Of a stretch of DNA of 64,000 nt, positions 1 to 11,015 are shown in pieces. The DNA is taken from assembly GCA_045633565.1 (NCBI GenBank), contig JAZQYO010000024.1, positions 1,395 through 65,394 on the forward strand, given 5' to 3'. The position numbers and the translations under genes were made by a program. Source of the DNA: Clostridia bacterium. GTDB taxonomy: Bacteria > Bacillota > Clostridia > RUG12999. The notes under the pieces are model-generated. The model was given only the letters and a program-made list of their open reading frames with translations, did not search any database and had not been told where the DNA came from. The number at the start of each line of letters is the position of its first letter. Position 1 is the first letter of the stretch.

Positions 1-474
1 AATCAAATCCTCTGCCACCTGTGTGATTTCAATTTTTGTTCCTTTGTGTACTACGCTATCCAACGGAGGGTTTACAATATCATACTCGCTTAAAATTATG
101 CCGTTGGCTTCAAGAGCCTTGGACACTGTCTGCGATGCTGCATGAATTACAACCCTCTCATTTCCGAGTGTTACATCAATCGGAAATGCTCTTGCTATAG
201 TAATACTCTGGTTTTCTTTCAAACTCGATGCAAGAGGCGGAGAAACAATGTCGTGTTCTCCGACTGCAATGTTGTTGTGGGCAAGAATCAGACCCACAGT
301 TTTGTCCATAGTTGTAATAACCTTAGGACTTGAACCGTCAATTGTTACCGTGACGGTTTTGATGGATAAAAGCGTAGAGGTGGTCATTACAGTTACGGCA
401 GCAAGCACAAGCAGTATTGCCTGTGACAGTCTTAAGGATAAAATCCCGGAGACCGCTTTTCGCATACCAAACAT
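1..474 (-). CDS. DUF348/G5-repeat domain protein (YabE/RpfB/VanW-like), N-terminal part; gene runs off the window start
   Basis: Hand translation of the minus strand gives MFGMRKAVSGILSLRLSQAILLVLAAVTVMTTSTLLSIKTVTVTIDGSSPKVITTMDKTVGLILAHNNIAVGEHDIVSPPLASSL... It has a signal/TM segment followed by repeated DUF348-type units (VTVxxDG...VG.IL...I.V...D.V.PPL). AAGGAG lies 9 nt upstream of ATG at 474. It is not in the ORF track because it is truncated. Confidence 0.5.
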   Translation of the reverse strand, partial: MFGMRKAVSGILSLRLSQAILLVLAAVTVMTTSTLLSIKTVTVTIDGSSPKVITTMDKTVGLILAHNNIAVGEHDIVSPPLASSLKENQSITIARAFPIDVTLGNERVVIHAASQTVSKALEANGIILSEYDIVNPPLDSVVHKGTKIEITQVAEDLI

Positions 475-853
475 TTTAACACATCTCCTTTCACCGCCGA
501 CTATTCTACTATATTTTTTTTTGTTTGTCAAATTTTCGTTTGATGTATTTCATATTGACAACGGAAAAAAATAAGTGTAAAATAGAATATATTGTGGTTT
601 CATCGGAATAAAATAAAACTGAACCACAGTATCTGCACAAGCGGTTTTTCAATCTCTGTCAATGTCTAATTTGATAGCTTTTGTGCATTTTCTACAATTG
701 GAAATATTTTTCATTTTTGTTTTATAGTAAAATTATATAATATTTGTCCGGCAAATATTCCTGTTTAGTAAAATTGTAGAAAAAAGTTGCTATTTTTTTG
801 CTTTTGTCCGGCAATAATTACAATAAAAAAATGTAAAAAAGAAGGTTTTTTGA

Positions 854-2218
854 ATGAAAAATGCTTTTTTTGATAAAAAGAAATTTCATTTCATAGGTGT
901 TGGTGGTATCAGCATGAGTGGTCTTGCTGAGTTTTTCCTGTCAAAAGGCTATGAAGTTTCCGGTTCGGATATAAATTATTCAGACGTTATTTGTCATTTA
1001 GAGGGATTGGGACTGAAGTTTTTCCAGGGTCACAATTTCGAAAACGTTCACGGGGTGGATGCGGTTATTTTCACTTCTGCGGTTAAGTCTGATAATCCTG
1101 AGCTTGCCGAAGCTTCACGTTTGGGAATTGAAACGGTAAGCCGTGCACAACTGCTCGGCTATATAATGGATAATTATAAAAAATCCATTGCTGTCGCCGG
1201 AACTCATGGCAAAACAACCGTAACCTCTATGATTTCATATATTTTCGAAAAACTCGGCGAAGATCCAACCATACTCGTGGGCGCTCACCTTGATATCATT
1301 GGCGGAAATATAAAAATGGGAAAGGGCGATTACTTTATTGTCGAGGCATGTGAATACTGCCGTAGTTTTCTTAGCTTTTTCCCTCATTCGGCAACCATAT
1401 TAAATGTGGAACCGGACCATCTTGATTATTTTAAAGATGCGAATGATTATCACTGTGCCTATAGCGAATTTCTAAGTAACGTAAATTATAATGGTTTTGT
1501 TGTTGCCTGCTTCGATGACGCTGACCTTATGAAGCTTTGTGAAAACACTCCCCAAAAGCTGGTAACCTACGGACTTTCCGGTGGCGACTTTACGGCTGCT
1601 GATATAACGTCAGATTTATCCGGCACAAACTATGTATTATTATATAAGGAAGAAAAGTTGTGCAATGTGTCACTTTCTCTGCATGGTGCGCACAATATTT
1701 CCAATTCACTGGCAGCTCTCGCAAACGCATATATGTACGGACTTAATATGGACAAAGCTGCAGAAGCTTTGAAAGATTTCAAGGGTGCTTCAAGACGTTT
1801 TGAATTTCGTGGCAAGCTCAGCGGTGCAAATGTTTATGACGATTATGCCCATCATCCTACTGAAATCCGGGCAACTCTTGACACAGCCCGCGAAGCAACA
1901 GAAGGAAAAATCATCTGCATATTCCAGCCACATACCTATTCACGCACATTAACTTTATTTGATGAATTTGTTACTGCTTTTGACAAGGCAGACATTCTAA
2001 TTCTTGCAGATATATATGCAGCACGCGAAAAAGATAACGGAGAGGTTTCTTCCAAAATGCTCGCCGACAAAATTCGTGGGCATTTTCAGGAGTGTATATA
2101 TATAGGTAGCTTTGAAGATATTGCAACAAAAGTTAAGTCTGTTGCCGGTGAAAAAGATACTGTAATTATAATGGGCGCCGGAGATATTGTAAAACTAACC
2201 GACATTTTATTACAATAA
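854..2218 (+). CDS. murC: UDP-N-acetylmuramate--L-alanine ligase
   Basis: 454 aa. N-terminus HFIGVGGISMSGLAEFFLSKGYEVSGSD and the GTHGKTT P-loop are typical of the Mur ligase family and MurC. Confidence 0.95.
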   Translation: MKNAFFDKKKFHFIGVGGISMSGLAEFFLSKGYEVSGSDINYSDVICHLEGLGLKFFQGHNFENVHGVDAVIFTSAVKSDNPELAEASRLGIETVSRAQLLGYIMDNYKKSIAVAGTHGKTTVTSMISYIFEKLGEDPTILVGAHLDIIGGNIKMGKGDYFIVEACEYCRSFLSFFPHSATILNVEPDHLDYFKDANDYHCAYSEFLSNVNYNGFVVACFDDADLMKLCENTPQKLVTYGLSGGDFTAADITSDLSGTNYVLLYKEEKLCNVSLSLHGAHNISNSLAALANAYMYGLNMDKAAEALKDFKGASRRFEFRGKLSGANVYDDYAHHPTEIRATLDTAREATEGKIICIFQPHTYSRTLTLFDEFVTAFDKADILILADIYAAREKDNGEVSSKMLADKIRGHFQECIYIGSFEDIATKVKSVAGEKDTVIIMGAGDIVKLTDILLQ

Positions 2219-2306
2219 TGTTACTTTTGTGTTAAAGCAAAGGAAAGTTTCTTCCTCGTGTCGAATTATAAAGGATATACTATCTTTTTGTCCCTGGAGA
2301 AAACTT

Positions 2307-3785
2307 ATGAAACTACGATTACTAAACTTTCTAATAATTATAATAATCATCCTGAGCGTTTTTAATAGCGTTGTTCTCGCAGACGATATAAAGCTGTTTT
2401 TGGATGGAAACCCTATTTCGTGCGACGTTCCGCCGACTATTATCAACGACCGCACAATGGTACCGGTGCGTGCATTTTTGGAAGCACTTGATGCAAGAGT
2501 TTCCTGGAATGATGAAAAAAAACAGGTAACGGCACGGACCGATGATACAAAAATCATTCTTGTTATAGGTTCAAATGTAGCTTATGTAAATTCAGTTTTA
2601 AAAAGTCTTGACTCACCCCCTGTCATAGTGGACAGCAGAACCTTAGTTCCGGTAAGATTCATTTCCGAATCGCTGGGTTATGAGGTAAGATGGGTGGAAA
2701 AATCCCGTTCAGTTTTTATAAAAACGCCAAAGAATACTGAACCTGAAAAAGATGAGAATACCAATGCAGATACAACTGCTCCTGCAGAAACAAGTATTAC
2801 TTCTATGGTTTATTCGGTTTCCGGAAACAGTTTTGTGATGAAATTCACTTTTTCATCCCCACTTTCGGGTTACAGTCTTTATAATCTTGATAATCCTGTA
2901 CGAACTGTGCTTGAACTTGGCGGAGCATCATATTCCGGCAGTAAAACCATTACGGTTGAAAGTGGCGGTATTAAACAAATCCGCACTGCAAATCACGATA
3001 GTTATTATAAAGTTGTGGCAGACCTTGAAGAGGTTTTGGATAAAAAGTTTACGCTTGCCTCAAACAAGCTTTCAGCAACACTTACACTGACAGCTTCTTC
3101 GGCAATCGACTCGTCTGATATTGAGTCGGACCTGCCTTCCACAAATAAACCTTCGTATGAAGAGGAGAGTATTGAAATTATTTATGATAAATACTGGGAA
3201 GTGACTGACCAATCGATTGTAGTTTTAGATGCCGGCCACGGCGGAACAGATGTGGGCGCAATCGGCTACAATGAGGACGGAGAAAAGGTTTTTTACGAAA
3301 AGGACCTAAACCTTACTGTAACTCTTGAGGTTGCACGTATTTTAAAAGAGCATGGCGTAAATGTTCTGCTTACCCGTTCGGATGACAGTTCACTTGCATT
3401 AAGCCAGAGATATACTTTCTCCAACGCAAACAATGCTCTTTTATTTGTGAGTATACATCATAATTCACATGCAACTTCTACCCCTTCGGGAGCTCTTACT
3501 CTTTTCAGCGAGGACAAAGATGTAAAATACCCCAATCTTAAGTCCTCAGAAAGCATTGCAGAAACAATACAAAAACACCTCACAGAGGCAACCGGACTTT
3601 ATGACGGTGGCACACGTTCAGAGGACGAGCTTGCCGTGCTTCGTGGCACTGAGACTTCTGCTGTACTTATTGAGGTAGCTTTTGTAAGCAATTATGATGA
3701 CCAGGAATTTTTACTTGATGAAGAAAACCTTAACAAAGCAGCTGCAGGAATTGCAGCAGGCATACTTGAGGTTTTAGAGGATTAA
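2307..3785 (+). CDS. N-acetylmuramoyl-L-alanine amidase (Amidase_3) with N-terminal copper-amine-oxidase-like repeats and signal peptide
   Basis: Internal ATG at 2307 is preceded by GGAGAAAA and gives signal peptide MKLRLLNFLIIIIIILSVFNSVVLA. There are two TMVPVRAF/TLVPVRFI CuAO-N-like repeats. The C-terminal VLDAGHGGTDVGA...LFVSIHHNS motif is MurNAc-LAA. The track start at 2229 looks like a 5' over-extension. Confidence 0.8.
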   Translation: MKLRLLNFLIIIIIILSVFNSVVLADDIKLFLDGNPISCDVPPTIINDRTMVPVRAFLEALDARVSWNDEKKQVTARTDDTKIILVIGSNVAYVNSVLKSLDSPPVIVDSRTLVPVRFISESLGYEVRWVEKSRSVFIKTPKNTEPEKDENTNADTTAPAETSITSMVYSVSGNSFVMKFTFSSPLSGYSLYNLDNPVRTVLELGGASYSGSKTITVESGGIKQIRTANHDSYYKVVADLEEVLDKKFTLASNKLSATLTLTASSAIDSSDIESDLPSTNKPSYEEESIEIIYDKYWEVTDQSIVVLDAGHGGTDVGAIGYNEDGEKVFYEKDLNLTVTLEVARILKEHGVNVLLTRSDDSSLALSQRYTFSNANNALLFVSIHHNSHATSTPSGALTLFSEDKDVKYPNLKSSESIAETIQKHLTEATGLYDGGTRSEDELAVLRGTETSAVLIEVAFVSNYDDQEFLLDEENLNKAAAGIAAGILEVLED

Positions 3786-3787
3786 TT

Positions 3788-4270
3788 ATGTTCAACCTTG
3801 TTCTTGTCGAACCGGAAATCCCGCAAAACACCGGAAATATTGCACGTACCTGCAGTGTTACCGGTGCAAATCTTCATATTATTGAACCCATGGGATTTAA
3901 AATTGATGACAAAAAGTTAAAACGTGCCGGTCTTGATTACTGGCATCTGCTGAATATAACATACTATAAAAATCTGGACGATTTTTTTGAAAGAAACAGG
4001 GGCGGAAACTTTTATTTCTGCACCACAAAAGCGCCCTGTTGCTATACAGACCACGAGTATAAGGACGGAGATTTCTTCTTTTTCGGCAAAGAAACTGCCG
4101 GGCTTCCCGAAAGTCTTTTGTCAGCTAATCTTGACCGATGTATCCGCATTCCCATGCGGGAAGAAACCCGTTCACTCAATCTTTCAAACTCTGTTGCAAT
4201 CGTTTTGTACGAGGCTCTTCGCCAGACAGAGTTTGCCTCGCTTAATGAAACTTCTGCATATTTTGATTAG
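3788..4270 (+). CDS. trmL: tRNA (cytidine/uridine-2'-O)-methyltransferase TrmL (SpoU family)
   Basis: 160 aa. MFNLVLVEPEIPQNTGNIARTCSVTGANLHIIEP matches the SPOUT/TrmL N-terminus. Confidence 0.85.
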   Translation: MFNLVLVEPEIPQNTGNIARTCSVTGANLHIIEPMGFKIDDKKLKRAGLDYWHLLNITYYKNLDDFFERNRGGNFYFCTTKAPCCYTDHEYKDGDFFFFGKETAGLPESLLSANLDRCIRIPMREETRSLNLSNSVAIVLYEALRQTEFASLNETSAYFD

Positions 4271-4288
4271 AAACCGGAGAAGGCGAAA

Positions 4289-6223
4289 ATGATAAAGAAT
4301 ATTAAATATCTTGAATATTCTCCCGATATGCCTCAGTCAAAAGAGTTGGCTGAGGCTGCCGGCATTTCTCCGCTTACCGCTGCAGTTGCATTAAACCGTG
4401 GGATAAAATCCAACCAGGAGCTTTCTTCATTTATTAAAAAATCCATCTACTGTCTCCACTCCCCGTATCTTATGAAGGATATGGACAGAGCAGTGGAGAT
4501 TGTTAAAAGTGCCCTCTCCGGTGGTAAAAAAATCACTGTTTACGGGGACTATGACGTAGATGGGATAACTTCTGTGTCGATACTTGTAAAATATCTGTCC
4601 GGACTTGGTGCAGATGTTTCCTTCTACATACCAAGCCGTGAGTCTGAAGGCTATGGATTAAACTGTGAAGCTGTTAAAAAAATCCATAGCATGGGCACAA
4701 ATCTTATAATAACTGTCGACACGGGTATTACTGCGTGTGACGAAGTGGCTCTCGCCAAAGAGCTGGGTATGGAAATTCTTGTAACCGACCATCATCAGTG
4801 CCCTGACATTTTACCCGACTGCGTGGTAATAAACCCGCACAGACCCGATTGTCCCTATCCGTTCAAATCACTTTCGGGCGTTGGCGTTGTGTTTAAACTG
4901 CTCTGTGCCCTTGAAAATGAGATTTCTCTGAAAATTCTTGATATGTTCGGCGATATTATTGCAACAGGCACAATTGCCGATGTGGTGGATTTGGTTGATG
5001 AAAACCGTATTATTGTTGATTTTGGACTTAAAAAACTAATGTCATCTCCAAACAAAGGGCTTGACGCTCTTATTGTGACATCCGGACTTCGCGGACGAAC
5101 GATTGACGCATCTACAATAGGTTTTTCAATCGCTCCACGCATCAACGCTGCCGGAAGAATAGGAAACCCCGAAAAAGCTGTTCAGCTTATATTATCCGAA
5201 AGCCTGTCCGAGTGTATGGAGCTTGCAAAATATCTTGACGAAGAAAACAAGGACCGTCAGCTCCAGGAAGCTGCTATTTTGCGTGATGCCGAGAAGATGG
5301 TTGAAAGTGATGAGTCTTTTAAAGACAAGTCCATTCTTGTTCTTTCAGGATATGGCTGGCATCATGGCATTATAGGTATAGTTGCTTCAAGGATTACTTC
5401 AAAATATTATAAACCGTGTATGCTCATAAGCTGTGACGACGGAATTGGCAAGGGTTCGGGGCGCAGTGTTCCCGGTTTTAACCTTTTTGAAGCAATGAAA
5501 AGCTGTGGCGATGTGTTTGCAAAATACGGCGGTCATGAGCTTGCTGCAGGATTTACTCTGCCACCCGATAATATTGGTGCACTTGATGCCGCACTTAATA
5601 AATATGCTGCAGAAAACATGTCCGATGATGCAAAAACCCCGTCTGTTACTGTAGAATGTGAACTTCCGGTAAAATATATCACCCCGGAAGATATAGATAA
5701 CCTCCGGCTTCTTGAGCCTTTCGGCGTTTCAAATCCCAAGCCATGCTTTATATGCAGTGGCGTCAGGATTTCGGGCAAACGCCTGATGGGTGATAAGGGG
5801 CAGCATATAAAACTAAGCCTCACCAAAGACGGTCAGACTTTTGAAGCGGTAGCTTTCCGCAGACCTGATATAAACGAAAAATTTGCTATAAATGATTATA
5901 TTACGGTTATCGGCACGCTGACAATCAACGAATGGAATAATATTTCCACACCCCAGCTTATAATATCCGATATACTTCCCCCTCCCGAGGAGTTTAAAGA
6001 TGCTCCTGACAGGGACAATTTAAAGGCAGTATACAAATATCTCAAGAGTATGGGCGATAAAGTTTTTGCACAGCTTGATGAAATTTCCGAAGGCGTTTTA
6101 AATGATTTCGGCATCTCCCTTAAAAACAGTGAAATTTTAGATTGTCTTAACTTTTTCAGCCGTACGGGAGTAGCCGGATACACTCTTAAATCTGATGAAA
6201 TTACCATAACTTTTATAAAATAA
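4289..6223 (+). CDS. recJ: single-stranded-DNA-specific exonuclease RecJ
   Basis: 644 aa. DHH motifs (ITVYGDYDVDGITS, DHH) and DHHA1 (GGHELAAG). Confidence 0.95.
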   Translation: MIKNIKYLEYSPDMPQSKELAEAAGISPLTAAVALNRGIKSNQELSSFIKKSIYCLHSPYLMKDMDRAVEIVKSALSGGKKITVYGDYDVDGITSVSILVKYLSGLGADVSFYIPSRESEGYGLNCEAVKKIHSMGTNLIITVDTGITACDEVALAKELGMEILVTDHHQCPDILPDCVVINPHRPDCPYPFKSLSGVGVVFKLLCALENEISLKILDMFGDIIATGTIADVVDLVDENRIIVDFGLKKLMSSPNKGLDALIVTSGLRGRTIDASTIGFSIAPRINAAGRIGNPEKAVQLILSESLSECMELAKYLDEENKDRQLQEAAILRDAEKMVESDESFKDKSILVLSGYGWHHGIIGIVASRITSKYYKPCMLISCDDGIGKGSGRSVPGFNLFEAMKSCGDVFAKYGGHELAAGFTLPPDNIGALDAALNKYAAENMSDDAKTPSVTVECELPVKYITPEDIDNLRLLEPFGVSNPKPCFICSGVRISGKRLMGDKGQHIKLSLTKDGQTFEAVAFRRPDINEKFAINDYITVIGTLTINEWNNISTPQLIISDILPPPEEFKDAPDRDNLKAVYKYLKSMGDKVFAQLDEISEGVLNDFGISLKNSEILDCLNFFSRTGVAGYTLKSDEITITFIK

Positions 6224-6258
6224 AACCATGATAATTCAAACTAAAAGGAGGTGCAGAT

Positions 6259-8427
6259 ATGCTTACTCACCAGGAACTTTATGAAACCTTAATGTCCGAT
6301 ATCCAAAAATCACATTCGGGCGGAAATATTGAAATTGTAACCAAAGCATATAATTTTGCTTTAAAAGCCCACGGCGACCAGAAACGTGTTTCGGGAGAGG
6401 ATTATATTTGTCATCCCCTGCAGGTTGCCATTATAATTTCCAATATGCTGCTTGACTGTGACACGATTGCAGCAGGCATACTGCACGATACTGTGGAGGA
6501 TACCGACGTAACTTTTCACGACCTTGAGCTTCAGTTTGGACAAAATGTTGCCCTTATGGTTGATGGTGTAACAAAACTTGGTAAAATCGCATTTGACACT
6601 CAGGAGGATGCTCAGATTGAGAACCTCCGTAAAATGTTTATGTCCACCGCACGTGACCTTCGTGTTATGCTTATAAAACTTGCAGACAGGCTGCACAACA
6701 TGCGTACAATGGACGTAATGCCTGACTATAAGCGTCGGCAGAAATCCAAAGAGACAATAGAGATATTTGCTCCCATTGCAGAACGTCTGGGTATGTTCAA
6801 AATCAAAGCAGAGCTTGAAAATCTTTCACTTAAATATCTCGACCCGATAGCTTACAACGAAATCACAACTTCTCTTAAAAATAAAATGTCAAGCAACAAC
6901 CATATTGACACAATTACTGCTGTTTTAGAGAAAAAGCTTAAAGAAATAAACATAGAAGGCAGCGTATACGGCAGAATCAAGCACGTTTACAGTATCTTCA
7001 AAAAAACTTATATGCAAGGCAGATTAATTGACGATATTTATGACATTTTTGCTGTTCGTGTAGTTGTTGAAACAATTCCCGAATGTTATGCCGTTTTAGG
7101 CATAATCCACGATTTATACAAACCCATTCCGGGCAGAATAAAAGATTATATTGCTATGCCAAAACCCAACCTGTATCAGTCGCTTCATACAACTGTTATA
7201 GGTGACGGCGGTATCCCTTTTGAAATCCAGATTCGTACAGAAGAAATGCACCGCATTGCAGAATATGGTATCGCGGCACACTGGAAATACAAAGACGGTA
7301 TTCAGCACGATAAGGATGAGTCTAAGTTTACTCACCTGCGTGAAATGCTCGAAATTCAGGGTAGCCTTACCGATAGTGAGGAGTTTATGCAAACCCTCAA
7401 AACGGATATGTTTGCAGACGAAGTTTTTGTTTTCACCCCCAAAGGTGATGTCATTTCTCTGCCAACGGGAAGCTGCCCCATTGACTTTGCCTATGCAATT
7501 CACAGTGCAATCGGTTCAAAAATGACAGGTGCTAAAGTCAACGGCAAGCTTGTACCACTTTATTATCCTTTGAAAAACGGCGACATTGTAAATATTATTA
7601 CATCATCTTCTGTTCACGGCCCAAGCCGTGACTGGCTTAAGATTGTCCGCACATCAAACGCAAGACAGAAAATCAATCAATGGTTCAAACGTGAAAAACG
7701 TGATGAAAACATTGTCCGCGGCAAGGAAATTTTTGAAAAGGAAATTAAAAAATCCGGATTTTCTTATGCACTGATTTATAATGAAGATATAATAAATCAT
7801 GAAATCGAGCGCAATCATTTTTCGTCAATTGACGATTTGTTTGCCGCAATTGGTTACGGCGGAATTCCTGCAACAAGAATAGTTTCTAAGCTGACCATGC
7901 ATTATAAGCAAGAGCTTGCAAAACTGTCACCCGAGGAAAAAATATCTGTTTTCTCTCACAAGACCTCAAGCAACGGCGTTATCGTTACCGGTATTGACAA
8001 CTGCCTGGTGCGTTTGTCACGTTGTTGTAACCCCGTTCCCGGAGACGACATTGTTGGTTATATCACTCGTGGCAGAGGTGTTAGTGTTCACCGCAAAGAC
8101 TGCGTAAATGTAATAAACAATTTCGTCGGCGAAGGAGAAACTGACCGCCTTATTGAAGTCCAATGGGAAGAAAAACAGACTTCCGGCTCATACCTTGCAG
8201 AGCTTATGGTAACCGCCGACGACCGTACAAATCTTTTGGCAGATGTTATGGTTATCATTTCGGAATTCAGAATTCCCACACATTCTTGTAATGCGAGAAT
8301 TACAAAAGATATGGTCGGCATAATTTCTCTGACCGTGGAGGTAACCTCCTCTGCGCAGCTTGACAGTCTTATGAAAAAGCTTATGACTGTCCGCGGAGTA
8401 ATTCAGGTTTCAAGAACAATGCAATAG
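6259..8427 (+). CDS. relA: bifunctional (p)ppGpp synthetase/hydrolase, long RSH
   Basis: 722 aa. HD hydrolase domain (HPLQVA...HDTVED), RelA/SpoT synthetase domain, TGS and ACT C-terminal region. Confidence 0.95.
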   Translation: MLTHQELYETLMSDIQKSHSGGNIEIVTKAYNFALKAHGDQKRVSGEDYICHPLQVAIIISNMLLDCDTIAAGILHDTVEDTDVTFHDLELQFGQNVALMVDGVTKLGKIAFDTQEDAQIENLRKMFMSTARDLRVMLIKLADRLHNMRTMDVMPDYKRRQKSKETIEIFAPIAERLGMFKIKAELENLSLKYLDPIAYNEITTSLKNKMSSNNHIDTITAVLEKKLKEINIEGSVYGRIKHVYSIFKKTYMQGRLIDDIYDIFAVRVVVETIPECYAVLGIIHDLYKPIPGRIKDYIAMPKPNLYQSLHTTVIGDGGIPFEIQIRTEEMHRIAEYGIAAHWKYKDGIQHDKDESKFTHLREMLEIQGSLTDSEEFMQTLKTDMFADEVFVFTPKGDVISLPTGSCPIDFAYAIHSAIGSKMTGAKVNGKLVPLYYPLKNGDIVNIITSSSVHGPSRDWLKIVRTSNARQKINQWFKREKRDENIVRGKEIFEKEIKKSGFSYALIYNEDIINHEIERNHFSSIDDLFAAIGYGGIPATRIVSKLTMHYKQELAKLSPEEKISVFSHKTSSNGVIVTGIDNCLVRLSRCCNPVPGDDIVGYITRGRGVSVHRKDCVNVINNFVGEGETDRLIEVQWEEKQTSGSYLAELMVTADDRTNLLADVMVIISEFRIPTHSCNARITKDMVGIISLTVEVTSSAQLDSLMKKLMTVRGVIQVSRTMQ

Positions 8428-8437
8428 GAGAAAAAAC

Positions 8438-9292
8438 ATGGTATTATTCGGACCTTCCGGCAATTCGGAATCCTTTTATGAACAGGGGTATAAGCATTCG
8501 GTTCAGATGCCCAGCTGGCTTAGAGACATGGGGCTTGATGCTTACGAGTATTCCTGTACAAAAGGTGTAAAACTTAAAAAAGAAACTGCCCTGGAGCTTA
8601 AATCCGAGGCAGAAAAACATAACATTGTTTTAAGTGTTCATTCCCCCTACTATATAAACCTTGCAACAAGCGATGACGAAAAACGTGTAAAAAGCATAAA
8701 ATATATAATTGACACTGCTGCCATTGCGGACGCAATGGGTGCAAACCGGATAGTAGTTCATTCAGGTGCATGTTCGGGAATGGAACGTGAAACGGCACTC
8801 GGGTTTGCCAAAAAAACGCTGACGCTTGCACTCGCTGAACTTGATAGCCTTGGTCTCGGACATGTTCACATCTGTCCCGAAACCATGGGCAAAATCAATC
8901 AGCTCGGCACATTGGATGAGGTTTTAGAGCTTTGTCTTTTAGATGAGCGTCTTATTCCGACAATAGATTTCGGGCATCTTTATGCCCGCACCTTTGGCGG
9001 ACTTGTAACAAAAGCAGATTTTGAGGCAATTTTTGATGCTATCCAAAACAAGCTCGGCTCAGACAGGCTAAAGATTTTTCACAGCCATTTCAGCCGCATT
9101 GAATATACAACCCCGGGCGGTGAAAAACGTCACACAATATTTGATGATACTATGTGGGGGCCGGAATTTGATTTCTGCGGCGAGCTGATTTATAAGAAAA
9201 ATCTTTCTCCCACTATAATCTGCGAGTCTGCAGGAACTATGGCAGAAGATGCCCTTAAAATGAAACAGTATTATAATAAACTCAGAGGTTGA
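8438..9292 (+). CDS. xylose-isomerase-like TIM-barrel protein, endonuclease IV (AP endonuclease family 2)-like
   Basis: 284 aa. VHSPYYINLAT, VHSGA, ETMGK and HxH patterns parallel the Nfo metal-site motifs (VHAPYIINxG, HPGA, ETMAGKG). The match is divergent, so the call is moderate. Confidence 0.55.
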   Translation: MVLFGPSGNSESFYEQGYKHSVQMPSWLRDMGLDAYEYSCTKGVKLKKETALELKSEAEKHNIVLSVHSPYYINLATSDDEKRVKSIKYIIDTAAIADAMGANRIVVHSGACSGMERETALGFAKKTLTLALAELDSLGLGHVHICPETMGKINQLGTLDEVLELCLLDERLIPTIDFGHLYARTFGGLVTKADFEAIFDAIQNKLGSDRLKIFHSHFSRIEYTTPGGEKRHTIFDDTMWGPEFDFCGELIYKKNLSPTIICESAGTMAEDALKMKQYYNKLRG

Positions 9293-9293
9293 T

Positions 9294-10364
9294 ATGTATA
9301 ACTTACGACTTGAAAAATTAAGAAAAGAAATGTCTGCACTGCATCTTGATGCAATGCTTGTGTCCGGCTCAGCTAACGTCCGTTATTTAAGCGGTTTTTC
9401 CGGCTCCGAATCTGACCTTGTTGTAACTTCCGACACTGTTTATCTTCTGTGCGATGCCCGCTACACGCTGCAGGCATCCATTGAATGTCTGCACTGCAAG
9501 GTGTTAGATACTGCCGGCGGCATATATAATCTTTTAAACAGCATAATTGCAGACCACAACATACGTTTTCTCGGCATAGAGGACCGGTCACTAAGTCTTG
9601 CCGCATTCAATGCTATGTCAAAAACAGTTGCCGGAGCAGCGCTTATTCCAGCCGGAGCAGTTGTAACAAATCTCCGCATTTTAAAGGATGAAAAGGAAAT
9701 TACCGCTCTTAAAAAAGCGGCATGGATTGCTGACCGTGCATTTGACCATGTTCTTCCGCTTATAAAGACAGGAGTAAAAGAAATTGAGATTGCAGCAGAA
9801 ATTGAATATTCCATGCGTAAAAACGGTGCTGAAAATATCGCTTTTGACACAATTGTAGCTTCTGGACCAAATGCAGCAAAGCCTCACGGCACTGCTTCAG
9901 AAAAGCCCATCCAACCCGGCGATTTTGTCGTGATGGATTACGGCTGCATAGTTGACGGATACTGCAGTGACATTACACGCACTGTTGCGGTAGGTCCTAT
10001 TACTGAGGCACAAAAAAGCGTTTATAATAGTGTGCTGTATGTTCAGACAAAAATGCTTTCGCTTATTCATTCAGGCATGGCATGCAGCGAGGCTGACGCC
10101 ATAGCAAGAAGGCATTTTTCCCTTTTTGGCTGCGAAAAATATTTCACCCATTCTCTCGGACACGGTGTGGGCATAGACATTCACGAACAGCCAAACCTTT
10201 CCGGGCGGTCTGACAAAATTATTTCAGACAACATGGTCATAACCGTTGAACCGGGACTTTATTTGGACGGAAAATATGGCGTGAGAATTGAAGATACGGT
10301 GGTTATTTCAGGCGGAAAACCATACCGACTTACAAATTCTCCCAAAGAATTAATTATAATTTAG
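9294..10364 (+). CDS. pepP: M24 family Xaa-Pro aminopeptidase
   Basis: 356 aa. HSLGHGVGIDIHEQP and VEPGLY pita-bread metal-binding motifs. Confidence 0.85.
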   Translation: MYNLRLEKLRKEMSALHLDAMLVSGSANVRYLSGFSGSESDLVVTSDTVYLLCDARYTLQASIECLHCKVLDTAGGIYNLLNSIIADHNIRFLGIEDRSLSLAAFNAMSKTVAGAALIPAGAVVTNLRILKDEKEITALKKAAWIADRAFDHVLPLIKTGVKEIEIAAEIEYSMRKNGAENIAFDTIVASGPNAAKPHGTASEKPIQPGDFVVMDYGCIVDGYCSDITRTVAVGPITEAQKSVYNSVLYVQTKMLSLIHSGMACSEADAIARRHFSLFGCEKYFTHSLGHGVGIDIHEQPNLSGRSDKIISDNMVITVEPGLYLDGKYGVRIEDTVVISGGKPYRLTNSPKELIII

Positions 10365-10437
10365 AAAAATGTCTTGAAATTTATAGAATTTTATTGTAAA
10401 ATATATACATAATAATATTTAAAAGGAGAAAATTAAA

Positions 10438-10998
10438 ATGATTTCTGCAGGTGATTTCAGAAACGGCGTAACATTTGAGCTTGACGGCAACGTGTTTCAG
10501 ATTATACATTTCCAGCATGTTAAACCCGGCAAAGGCGCTGCTTTCGTAAGAACAAAAATCAAAAATATTATAACAGGTGCGGTTTTGGAAAGAACATTCA
10601 GCCCTACCGACAAAATGCCCAAAGCACATGTTGAAAGAAAAGATATGGAATATCTTTATAACGACGGTGAGCTTTACTATTTCATGGATACCGAAACATA
10701 CGAACAGCTTCCTTTAGGTACAGACCTTCTTGAAGCAGCTCTTCCCTACCTTAAGGAAAATATGGTTGTTAAAGTACTTTCCTTCAAGGGCAGCGTTTTC
10801 GGTGTAGAACCTCCCAACTTTGTTGAACTTGAAGTAACTGAAACTGAGCCGGGCGTTAAAGGTGACACAGCTACAGGCGCTACAAAACCGGCTATCGTTG
10901 AAACAGGTGCTACTGTTATGGTTCCCCTGTTTGTTAACACTGGTACTGTAATCAGAGTTGATACACGTACCGGTGACTACATGGAAAGAGTTAACTAA
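10438..10998 (+). CDS. efp: elongation factor P
   Basis: 186 aa. [43 protein letters not shown] is canonical EF-P. Confidence 0.97.
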   Translation: MISAGDFRNGVTFELDGNVFQIIHFQHVKPGKGAAFVRTKIKNIITGAVLERTFSPTDKMPKAHVERKDMEYLYNDGELYYFMDTETYEQLPLGTDLLEAALPYLKENMVVKVLSFKGSVFGVEPPNFVELEVTETEPGVKGDTATGATKPAIVETGATVMVPLFVNTGTVIRVDTRTGDYMERVN

Positions 10999-11015
10999 GA
11001 AAGGCGGACAGATTT

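Noticed and set aside
142-574. Track ORFs 142..333 and 248..574 on the plus strand
   Set aside because: They lie antisense to the better-supported DUF348 gene (RBS, signal peptide, domain repeats) on the minus strand.
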